This document shows positions 1 to 7,603 of a stretch of DNA of 20,000 nt, piece after piece (position 1 is the stretch's first letter; each line of letters starts with the position of its first letter). The DNA is taken from NCBI GenBank assembly GCA_016218805.1, contig JACRCW010000168.1, forward strand, positions 58,886-78,885, written 5' to 3'. The notes below the pieces were generated by a model. It was not told where the DNA came from and did not search any database. It saw nothing but the letters and a program-made list of their open reading frames with translations. Position numbers and translations under genes: made by a program. The stretch comes from Deltaproteobacteria bacterium (lineage in GTDB: Bacteria > Myxococcota > JACRCW01).

Positions 1-110
1 ACTGGGCCACCCGCTGCGCCAACCGCGCCAACCTGGCGCCCTCCGGCAAGAACCCGTTTGTGGGCTTCCGCTGCTGCGCCGACCCCGGGGCCGGGACCGC
101 CTCCGAGTGA
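1..110 (+). CDS. C-terminal fragment of an FGE-sulfatase (SUMF1/EgtB/PvdO)-domain protein, 5' truncated
   Basis: The frame from position 3 reads WATRCANRANLAPSGKNPFVGFRCCADPGAGTASE*. RCxxR...GFRCC is the typical C-terminal signature of this domain. Stop TGA is at 108-110. Confidence 0.75.
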   Translation, partial: WATRCANRANLAPSGKNPFVGFRCCADPGAGTASE

Positions 111-1048
111 GCCCCATGGCCGCGCGCGCGCTCCCGTGGCTCATGTGCCTTTGGGCGGCGTCCGCCAGTCTGCCCGCGCTGGCCGCCCGCGTAGCCGTGG
201 TGGCGGATGACGACCTCACCGTCTACCGCAGCGTGATCACCGGTTTCTCCATTGAGGCGCGCGCCGAGATTGACGAGTACAACCTCCGCGGTGACGTGAA
301 GGCGGGCGACAAGATTGCCGCCGAGATCACCGGGCGCAAGCCGGACCTGCTGTTTGCGGTGGGGCCCAAGAGCGCCAACCTGCTGCGCCAGAAGTTCCCG
401 CAGGCGCCGTTGCTGCACTGCATGGTGCCCAACGTGGGCCAGTATGACCTGGGCCAGCCGCAGACCACCGGCGTGGGGCTGGAGCCGGGGGTGAAGGAGC
501 AGTTTGGCGCGCTCAAGGCGTTGCTGCCCGGGCTCAAGAAGGTGGGCGTGGTGTTTGACGGGCGGCATTCCGGCGTGAAGGTCAAGGAGGCCGAAGCGCT
601 GGCCGGGAGCCTGGGTCTCACGGTGCTCACCTCCGAAGTGCAGATGCCGGAGGACATCACCGGTGCGCTCAAGGGCCTGGGCGCCGTGGACGCCATCTGG
701 ACGCCCGCGGACTCCACCATCCTCACCGTGACCGGCCTGGACGCCCTGGGCGAATACTCCCGCGCCCAGAAGGTCCCCGTGTACGGCATCAACGCCAACC
801 ACGTGCAGCGCGGCGCGCTGCTCACCCTGGCGCTGGACTACCCGCGCGTGGGCCGCCAGGCGGGGAAGCTGGCCAACCGGGTGCTGGCGGACCCCAAGGC
901 GGCCCGCGGGCTGGCCCTGCAGCCGCCGGAAGGCCTGGACCTGGCGCTCAACCTCACCGTCGCCAAACGGCTCAGCCTGGACGCCGTGGCGCAGGCCGCG
1001 TTGGAACTGGCGGCGGAGAAGCGTTACTCGGTCCAGGTGTTCAAGTGA
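107..1048 (+). CDS. ABC transporter substrate-binding protein (ABC_sub_bind-like), secreted
   Basis: Signal peptide ending ALA-A. Motifs PDLLFAVG, LKALLPGLKKVGVVFD, DAIWTPAD and GRQAGKLA...LNL. Start is GTG 107 (GTGA overlap with the upstream stop) or ATG 116. Confidence 0.8.
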   Translation: MSPMAARALPWLMCLWAASASLPALAARVAVVADDDLTVYRSVITGFSIEARAEIDEYNLRGDVKAGDKIAAEITGRKPDLLFAVGPKSANLLRQKFPQAPLLHCMVPNVGQYDLGQPQTTGVGLEPGVKEQFGALKALLPGLKKVGVVFDGRHSGVKVKEAEALAGSLGLTVLTSEVQMPEDITGALKGLGAVDAIWTPADSTILTVTGLDALGEYSRAQKVPVYGINANHVQRGALLTLALDYPRVGRQAGKLANRVLADPKAARGLALQPPEGLDLALNLTVAKRLSLDAVAQAALELAAEKRYSVQVFK

Positions 1049-1117
1049 CCTCTCAAGGGTGTACGCGCGTTCAGCGGGCGCTTCCCGGTTCATCCCCGAG
1101 GCTGTAGACCCCACGCC

Positions 1118-2020
1118 GTGCGGTTCACGGTGTTGGGCAGCGGTTCCAAGGGCAACGCGCTCGTGGTGGAGGGGGCGGGTGTCCGCGTGCTGGTGGACGC
1201 GGGACTGGGGCCGCGCGTGTTTCGGGACCGCCTGGGCGCCACCGGCCTGTGTGACCTGCGGCCGCGCGCGCTGTTCGTGACCCATGGCCACAGTGACCAC
1301 GTGGGCCACGCCCCGGAAGTGGCGGAGTCCTACAACATCCCCACCCACGCCACGGACGCATGCGCCGCCGAACGGGCCGCTGCCGGCGCGCCGCTGTTCG
1401 CCCACCGCGCGCTGCCCACCGGTGCTGAGGTGCGCATCGGGTCGCTGTGCGTGCGCGCGTTTGCCACGCCGCATGACGCACCGGGCAGCGCGGGGCTGGT
1501 GTTTGAGGACGGTGAATCCCGCCTGGGGATTGTCACGGACCTGGGGTGCGTGCCGGACCACGTGACGGCCGCGCTGCGTGACGTGGACCTGCTGTACGTG
1601 GAGTCCAACCACGACGTGGAGATGCTGCGCAACGGGCCGTACCCGGCCTTCCTCAAGCGCCGGTGCCTGTCCAACGTGGGCCACCTGTCCAATGAGCAGT
1701 GCGCCATCCTCCTGGGGCGCGCGCGCGGTTCCCGCCTGCGCACCGTGGTGCTGGCGCACCTGAGCGAGGCCAACAACACGCCCCAGGCCGCGCTGCGCGT
1801 GGCGCGGCGCCTGCTGGATGGCAGCGGCGTGGCGCTGCACGTGGCGCCGCAGCGGGAGGCGCTGCCCACGCTGGAGGTCCGCAAGGCCCGCCCGGCGCGG
1901 CCGCCGGAGCCCGTCTATGAACTGGCGACGGTGGGCGCGCGCCCCCGGCGCACCGGCGGCGCGCGCGGCGGGCTGGGCGCGGGGCCGCAGGCGCAGATGG
2001 ACCTGTTTGGCTTCAAGTGA
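1118..2020 (+). CDS. MBL-fold metallo-hydrolase, YycJ/WalJ-like
   Basis: LGSGSKGN, LVDAG, THGHSDH (HxHxDH), PHDA, TDLG, ESNHD, GHLSN and AHLSE.NN match YycJ-like motifs. Confidence 0.85.
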   Translation: MRFTVLGSGSKGNALVVEGAGVRVLVDAGLGPRVFRDRLGATGLCDLRPRALFVTHGHSDHVGHAPEVAESYNIPTHATDACAAERAAAGAPLFAHRALPTGAEVRIGSLCVRAFATPHDAPGSAGLVFEDGESRLGIVTDLGCVPDHVTAALRDVDLLYVESNHDVEMLRNGPYPAFLKRRCLSNVGHLSNEQCAILLGRARGSRLRTVVLAHLSEANNTPQAALRVARRLLDGSGVALHVAPQREALPTLEVRKARPARPPEPVYELATVGARPRRTGGARGGLGAGPQAQMDLFGFK

Positions 2021-2023
2021 GGG

Positions 2024-2557
2024 TCAGGGGAAGGTGGGGAGTCCCGGCTCCCACGCGGCGTTGTCCTGGCGCGGCTGGTCCCGCTCAATGGGCGTGACCA
2101 CTTCTGCCTTGAGGAGGAATTCGCCCTGCGCGTCCATGCGCAGCTCCACCAGGTGATCCCCGGCCTGGTAGACGGTCTGCATCACCTGCCAGGTGTGGTC
2201 CTGGCCAATCTGGCGGAACATGTCCTCGCCGGTGGCGTCCTGGCGGTGCGGCTCGCCGCAGCCGGGCTCGTAGATGGTGAACTCCACGTCGCTGCCGGGG
2301 TGGATCTGCTTCTTCCAGTAGAAGTGCAGGTACACGTCCGCTTCGCCCTCCGTGTTCACCACAAAGCTGCGGTAGCCGGGCACGCGCACCAGCACGTAGT
2401 TGTCGCCCTCGGACAGCCGGCAGCCCGCCGTGGAAGAGCACACTGGCACCGCGGAGTCGCATTCGTCCAGGCGCGCGGTGCCAATGAACTGTTCCTCCGC
2501 GCCCAGCTGGCAGGCGCTCAACACCAGCAGCCCCAGACTGACCGTCCGCGCCCTCAT
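2024..2557 (-). CDS. Hypothetical lipoprotein (177 aa)
   Basis: Start reassigned to ATG 2557 (MRARTVSLGLLVLSA-C, a lipobox). It overlaps the upstream stop as ATGA and has a Cys-rich N-terminus. Confidence 0.7.
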   Translation of the reverse strand: MRARTVSLGLLVLSACQLGAEEQFIGTARLDECDSAVPVCSSTAGCRLSEGDNYVLVRVPGYRSFVVNTEGEADVYLHFYWKKQIHPGSDVEFTIYEPGCGEPHRQDATGEDMFRQIGQDHTWQVMQTVYQAGDHLVELRMDAQGEFLLKAEVVTPIERDQPRQDNAAWEPGLPTFP

Positions 2558-3429
2558 GGCAGCAACTCCCCGCGCGCCTCCTGGCTCAGCGTCATCACCA
2601 GGCCGGCGCCGCCGTCCACGGGCGCCGCCAGCAGCACCGCCGTGGACACGTTGCGCTTGACCACCACGGTGATGGGCTCGCTTCGGCCAGCGGTCATCCA
2701 CGTCAGGGCGCCGGACGGCACCACGTGGCACCCGTCATCCTTGACCACGCACTGGATGGTGGCGCGCGTCTGCGCGCTGCCCGCGCCGGTGGTCAGCTCC
2801 ACGGAGACCAGCGCGGCCGGATCCGTCCCCGCCTGCCAGCGCACCACCACGTCAGAATCCCCCACGTGCCCGGCGCCGGACAGGTCCGGCGAACTCAGCA
2901 GCATGGGAGCGGGCGGCACCATGGCCGCCACGCCGCCGTTCACAAACCCGCCGTCCCGCCCCACCACGTTGACCGCCACGCCGTCCGCGCCCAGCACCGC
3001 GCCCGCGGTGGAGTGCGACAGCGATCCCCCGTCCGGCGCGCTGAGTGTGACCGCGCCGCCCACGGTGCCGCTGACCTCCACGCGGTCCACGCCCAGCGCG
3101 GTGCGCGTTCCCGTGGTGGCCGGCTGGCCGGTGATGCCGCGGCAGGTGGGGCTCAGATCCAGCGCCTGCGGCGCCTCCACCGCGTAGTTGCTGACGTCAT
3201 AGAAGCTGGCCGCCACGCTGCCGGTGACGGCGGCGCCGGATTTGTGGTCGCGGGATTCGGCCACGCGCACGGCACCCATCCACGCCACCGGCACGCCGCC
3301 ACCCTGGCCGGCGTCCGTTTGCGGGCCTTCCTGGTCACACTCCGGCGGCAGCTGTTCCGCCGGTTTCTGCGTGCACGCCCCCACCACCAGCAGCGCCGCG
3401 CCGGCCCGCACCCACCTCCCGCTCCTCAT
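2554..3429 (-). CDS. Hypothetical lipoprotein (291 aa)
   Basis: Start reassigned to ATG 3429 (MRSGRWVRAGAALLVVGA-C, a lipobox). ATGA overlap with the upstream gene. The C-terminal part looks beta-rich (VVVRW...IQCVVKDDG). Confidence 0.7.
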   Translation of the reverse strand: MRSGRWVRAGAALLVVGACTQKPAEQLPPECDQEGPQTDAGQGGGVPVAWMGAVRVAESRDHKSGAAVTGSVAASFYDVSNYAVEAPQALDLSPTCRGITGQPATTGTRTALGVDRVEVSGTVGGAVTLSAPDGGSLSHSTAGAVLGADGVAVNVVGRDGGFVNGGVAAMVPPAPMLLSSPDLSGAGHVGDSDVVVRWQAGTDPAALVSVELTTGAGSAQTRATIQCVVKDDGCHVVPSGALTWMTAGRSEPITVVVKRNVSTAVLLAAPVDGGAGLVMTLSQEARGELLP

Positions 3430-5594
3430 GGTCCCACCGCTCCTTCTCCAACCAGGGCAAAGTCCGCGTCCAGCACGGGGATCTCCGCCACGTCCGGGTC
3501 CTTGAACCGCGGCGGCACGTACACCACGTCCACCTGGGCCACGCGGAACAGGCTGGCCCCCATGGGCGAATTGAGCGGCGCCTGCCCGTAGTACACCACC
3601 AGGTGGTTGAGGCCCTCCTGCGTGGAGTCCCCGTTGACGGCGTTGCTCAGCTGGTCCCGCAGCCCGCGCGGCGCCGTGTGCACCAGCGTGATGTTGCGGA
3701 CGCGCCAGTCCACGCACTGCCGCTCGGTTTCGCGCACCTGCAGCGTCTCCACAATGTCCCGCGGCGGGAGCAGCTCCGGAGTGACTTCAATGGTGATGCT
3801 GCGCTCACGCAGCGCGTCTGATTGCACGGAGTCCTTGCCCTGCAGCGTGTACTGCCCGCGCCGGTCCACACTCTCCCACGCGCCAAAGTCCGGCCCGCCG
3901 TAGTTGTCCCGCCAGCGCAGCCGCGTGTTGGCGCGGTCAAACTCAATGGTGCTGACGCCCACGTACGCGCGCGGGGTCACAAACCGCACCACCACGCCGG
4001 ACAGTGCGCGCGGCTGCTGCACATCCAGCATGCGGCTGAGCCCATTGCCCGTGCCGTCATCCCGGACAATGACCTTGTACAGGTAGCTGAGGTCCCCGCG
4101 GGTGCGGGCGTCGTTGGAGCGCGGGTCGGTGTGGCCCTTGAGTTCGTCGCCGTTGCGCGCGCCGTCCTGGTCGGTGTCATGGTTGACGTCATTGAGCAGG
4201 TAGTTGGTGCCCAGCATCATCTCCAACCGGTCCGGGTAGCCGTCAGAGTCTGAATCAAACAGCGTGGGGTCCGTCCCCAGCAGCAGTTCTTCGCAGTCAT
4301 TGAGGCCGTCCCCGTCACGGTCCTGGAAGCGGCCGCTGACCCGCGTCAGCGTCTGGCAGGTGAGCGGGCTGTCCGGCACGGTGGGGTCCAGCTCCCAGGC
4401 CAGGCCTGCATCCGTGGTGACGCGCTTCTTGAGCACGTTTTCCAGGTGATCTCCCAGCTGGTCTCCGTCCGTATCCGGCCGCAGCGGCTGCGTGCCAATG
4501 TCCCTCTCCTCGTCATCTGACAGGCCGTCCGCGTCACTGTCCGGGCTGAACCCGCCGGTGCCGGGCTTGGCGTTGAGGTTGGCCACGACGATGTTCTTCA
4601 TGATGAGCACGTTGCGCGTGGCGGAGTACTCAAACGCGCGGAAGCTGAGCTCCCCAATGGAGGCGTATTGCAGGTAGGTGCCGCCGCCGGCCGCGGCCAT
4701 GCGCGCCAGCGCGTTCTGCGCGTCGCACTGGTCGTCGGGGGCGCCGGTGCCGCAGCAGGGTTCGCCGCCGGGGCCGGGGGGCGCGGGCGGCGTCACGGCA
4801 AAGTGCGCGGTGTGCAGCACCAGGTCCCCGCCGCCGTTGTCCGTGACAAACTTCCGCATGCGCCGGATCTCGCGCTCAAAGTTGCAGCCGTCATCACAGG
4901 GCGGCACAAACGTGCACGCGTTGAACCCGCCCGGGGGCGGCACGCAGGCCGGGTCACAGTAGTAGTTGTTGGCGTTGGGCGGGCCGGCGTCACCCAGCAG
5001 GCCCGCGTCCGGGGCAATGGACGTATCCGGGTCCGTGCGCGGCCCCTCCGAATACAGCACCACGACGTAGCGCGTGCGGGCGCGGGCGCCGCGTTCGCTC
5101 ACCAGCAGGTCCCCGGTGATGAGGTTGTTGGCGCGCTCCAGCGCCAGCTCCCAGCGCCGCTTGCTGCACACCACCCCGCCGGCGGCCGTGCACGGCAGCC
5201 CGGAGCGCGTGGCCGCCTGCTGCAGCAGCGTGATGTCACGCGTGTACTGGTCCTGCGTGAGGGACTCCGTCTCCCCGTCATACTTGATGATGCTCCAGCT
5301 GATCTCCGGGGCGCCGGCGTACAGGTTGAGGATGTCACTCACCGCCTGCGTGCGGAACTGGTTGACCACGCCACCGGTGGCTGTGGAGCCAAATGAACTG
5401 GCGTCCATCAGGAAGATCACCTTCACCGGGAAGCGGCGCTGCAGCGGGTTGTCACTGCACACCGTGCCTGAGAGGGTCATCTTGTCCGGCAGGGACGGCT
5501 CGTCCCGCACGCCAAAGAGGTCCGACCGGGTGCAGGCCCACGCGGCCAGCGCGGCCGGGAGGAGCCAGGCCAACAGGGGAGGGCGCCTGATCAT
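3426..5594 (-). CDS. vWA-domain lipoprotein with thrombospondin type-3-like Ca-binding repeats; MtsD/CglD-like cohesion/motility protein
   Basis: Lipobox AWA-C. LSGTVC...FPVKVIFLMD is a vWA start of the kind seen in myxobacterial MtsD-type proteins. Five DxDxDG repeats: DSDADGLSDDEE, DTDGDQLGD, DRDGDGLNDCEE, DSDSDGYPD, DTDQDGARNGDE. Confidence 0.75.
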   Translation of the reverse strand: MIRRPPLLAWLLPAALAAWACTRSDLFGVRDEPSLPDKMTLSGTVCSDNPLQRRFPVKVIFLMDASSFGSTATGGVVNQFRTQAVSDILNLYAGAPEISWSIIKYDGETESLTQDQYTRDITLLQQAATRSGLPCTAAGGVVCSKRRWELALERANNLITGDLLVSERGARARTRYVVVLYSEGPRTDPDTSIAPDAGLLGDAGPPNANNYYCDPACVPPPGGFNACTFVPPCDDGCNFEREIRRMRKFVTDNGGGDLVLHTAHFAVTPPAPPGPGGEPCCGTGAPDDQCDAQNALARMAAAGGGTYLQYASIGELSFRAFEYSATRNVLIMKNIVVANLNAKPGTGGFSPDSDADGLSDDEERDIGTQPLRPDTDGDQLGDHLENVLKKRVTTDAGLAWELDPTVPDSPLTCQTLTRVSGRFQDRDGDGLNDCEELLLGTDPTLFDSDSDGYPDRLEMMLGTNYLLNDVNHDTDQDGARNGDELKGHTDPRSNDARTRGDLSYLYKVIVRDDGTGNGLSRMLDVQQPRALSGVVVRFVTPRAYVGVSTIEFDRANTRLRWRDNYGGPDFGAWESVDRRGQYTLQGKDSVQSDALRERSITIEVTPELLPPRDIVETLQVRETERQCVDWRVRNITLVHTAPRGLRDQLSNAVNGDSTQEGLNHLVVYYGQAPLNSPMGASLFRVAQVDVVYVPPRFKDPDVAEIPVLDADFALVGEGAVGP

Positions 5595-5649
5595 GGGGCG
5601 TTGAGCCTACCACGCCCGCCCGCCTGCGCGTGCTAGCTTCCGCGCCGTC
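5595..5649. promoter_or_regulatory. Compact divergent promoter region with back-to-back extended -10 elements
   Basis: TGgTAGGCT on the minus strand (5612-5604) lies 9 nt before ATG 5594. TGcTAGCTT on the plus strand (5631-5639) lies 10 nt before ATG 5650. Neither gene has an SD sequence. Confidence 0.5.
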
Positions 5650-6567
5650 ATGAGTCCTTCGCGCGCCCTGCTGGTGCTGCTGGCCCTGTTCGGGTCCCTG
5701 TTCGTCATGTTCGTGGTTGGCCTGGGGTTGATTTTGGGCGCGGACCGCGCCCCGTCCCTGGGCGGGCGGCCACGCGTGGGCGTGGTGGAGGTGACGGACG
5801 CCATCACGGACAGCAAGGAGTTCACCGAGCGGCTGCAGCGGTTCCTGGCGCAGGATTCCATCAAGGCCATTGTGGTGCGCGTGGACAGCCCCGGCGGCAG
5901 CGTGGGCCCGTCCCAGGAGATGCGCAGCGAGATCATCCGCGCGCGCGGCAAGAAGCCGGTGGTGGCCAGCCTGGGCAGCGTGGCGGCCTCCGGCGGGTTC
6001 TACGTGGCCGTGGGCGCGCAGAAGGTGGTGAGCAACCCGGGCACGCTGACGGGTTCCATTGGCGTGATCATGCAGCACCCGGTGCTGGTGGAGCTCATGA
6101 AGACGGCGCGCGTGGACATGGCCACCTACGCGTCCGGGGCGCTCAAGAACACCGGCAGCCCGTTCCACGTGCCCACGCCGGACGAGCGCCGCTACCTGCA
6201 GGGGATCACCGAGGAGATCCACGCGCAGTTTGTGGACGCGGTGGCGGACAGCCGGCAGCTGCCGCGGGACCAGGTGGCGGCGGTGGCGGACGGGCGCGTG
6301 ATCACCGGCGCGCGCGCCAAGGAGCTGGGCCTGGTGGATGAGTTGGGCACGCTGCAGGACGCCGCGCGGCTGGCGCTCAAGCTGGCCGGCGTGGAGGGTG
6401 ATCCGGAGCTGGTCTACCCACCACGCAAGGGCGGCATGCTGGCGGAGCTGCTGGAAGAGGGGACCCAGGGCGCGTGGCGTGGCGTCGTCAAGGCGGTGGG
6501 GCCGGGCATGTGGCGGCTGCAGGGTGTACTGCCCACGCTGGAGGTTGCGCCGTCACAGGCGCGCTGA
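5650..6567 (+). CDS. sppA: Signal peptide peptidase SppA (S49, short 36K type)
   Basis: N-terminal TM segment; RVDSPGGSV, KKPVVAS, AASGGFYVA, TLTGSIGV, DGRVITG..A.ELGLVDELG. Confidence 0.93.
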   Translation: MSPSRALLVLLALFGSLFVMFVVGLGLILGADRAPSLGGRPRVGVVEVTDAITDSKEFTERLQRFLAQDSIKAIVVRVDSPGGSVGPSQEMRSEIIRARGKKPVVASLGSVAASGGFYVAVGAQKVVSNPGTLTGSIGVIMQHPVLVELMKTARVDMATYASGALKNTGSPFHVPTPDERRYLQGITEEIHAQFVDAVADSRQLPRDQVAAVADGRVITGARAKELGLVDELGTLQDAARLALKLAGVEGDPELVYPPRKGGMLAELLEEGTQGAWRGVVKAVGPGMWRLQGVLPTLEVAPSQAR

Positions 6568-6676
6568 ACGCAGGCGGTCCGCGCGGTTGCCGCGCGTCAG
6601 CGGCCTCTGGTAGCAGACCGCCCCCCTGAAAAAGTGGTTGCGCCGTTTGGCGCGCCGCGCTGCCGGGAGTCCCGCC

Positions 6677-7063
6677 GTGACCAAGAGCGAACTCATTGAG
6701 GTGGTGGCCGCCAAGGCGCCCAATTTCCCCAAGCGGGACGTGGAGATCATCGTGAACACGATGTTCGACACCATGACGGTGGCCCTGCAGCAGCACGAGC
6801 GGATTGAAATCCGGGGATTTGGGTCCTTTGTGGCGCGGGAGCGCCGCGCGCGTGACGGCCGCAACCCCCGCACCGGCGAAAAGGTCAGCGTGCCGCACAA
6901 GTGGGTGCCGTTCTTCACCGCGGGCAAGGAACTGCGCGAGCGCGTGGACAACAGCAGCCACCCGCTGGCCAAGGACACGGACGACGATTCCGACGAGATC
7001 CAGGCCGCGCCGCGCCCCGCCGCGCCGGCCATCTCTGCCGCCCCGGGCGAGGCCAAGGGCTGA
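6677..7063 (+). CDS. ihfB: Integration host factor beta subunit with a C-terminal acidic/Pro-Ala tail
   Basis: GTG 6677 (MTKSELIE) follows a GGGAG SD. RIEIRGFGSF, GRNPRTGEKV and VPFFTAGKELRERVD are present. It sits after sppA, a common position for ihfB. Confidence 0.9.
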   Translation: MTKSELIEVVAAKAPNFPKRDVEIIVNTMFDTMTVALQQHERIEIRGFGSFVARERRARDGRNPRTGEKVSVPHKWVPFFTAGKELRERVDNSSHPLAKDTDDDSDEIQAAPRPAAPAISAAPGEAKG

Positions 7064-7072
7064 GCCGCAGAC

Positions 7073-7594
7073 GTGGACCGGATCTGGGCACCCTGGCGGC
7101 TGGCGTTTGTGGAGGGGAAGGACGGCGGCGGCCCCGCGGCGTACCGCACCGGCTGCATCTTCTGTGACTACCCGCGTGCGCCCGGGTCACCCGTGGATGA
7201 GGTGTATGACCGGGAGCGCCTGGTGGTGCACGCGCGCGAGCACGCGTTTGTGATCATGAACAAGTACCCGTATTCCAACGGGCACGTGATGGTGGTGCCG
7301 CGCGTGCATACCCATGAGCTGGAAGCGCTGCCGCCCGAGGTGGCCGCCGGCCTCTCCATCCTGCTGCGGGACACGGTGGCGGCGGTGCGCACGGCCTACC
7401 AGCCGCACGGGCTGAACCTGGGGATGAACATGGGGCGCGCGGCGGGGGCGGGCCTTGCGGACCACGTGCACTGGCACGTGGTGCCGCGGTGGAACGGGGA
7501 CACCAACTTCATGCCGGTGTTCTCTGACACGCGCGTCATCAGCGAAGGCCTGCTGGAGGCCTACGACCGCCTGCGCCGCGTGTTGGGCCCCTGA
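7073..7594 (+). CDS. HIT-family hydrolase (FHIT-like diadenosine tetraphosphate hydrolase/phosphorylase)
   Basis: WAPWR, CIFC, NKYPYSNGH, histidine triad HVHWHVVPRW, GDTNFMPV. Confidence 0.9.
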   Translation: MDRIWAPWRLAFVEGKDGGGPAAYRTGCIFCDYPRAPGSPVDEVYDRERLVVHAREHAFVIMNKYPYSNGHVMVVPRVHTHELEALPPEVAAGLSILLRDTVAAVRTAYQPHGLNLGMNMGRAAGAGLADHVHWHVVPRWNGDTNFMPVFSDTRVISEGLLEAYDRLRRVLGP

Positions 7595-7603
7595 GGCCGC
7601 CGG

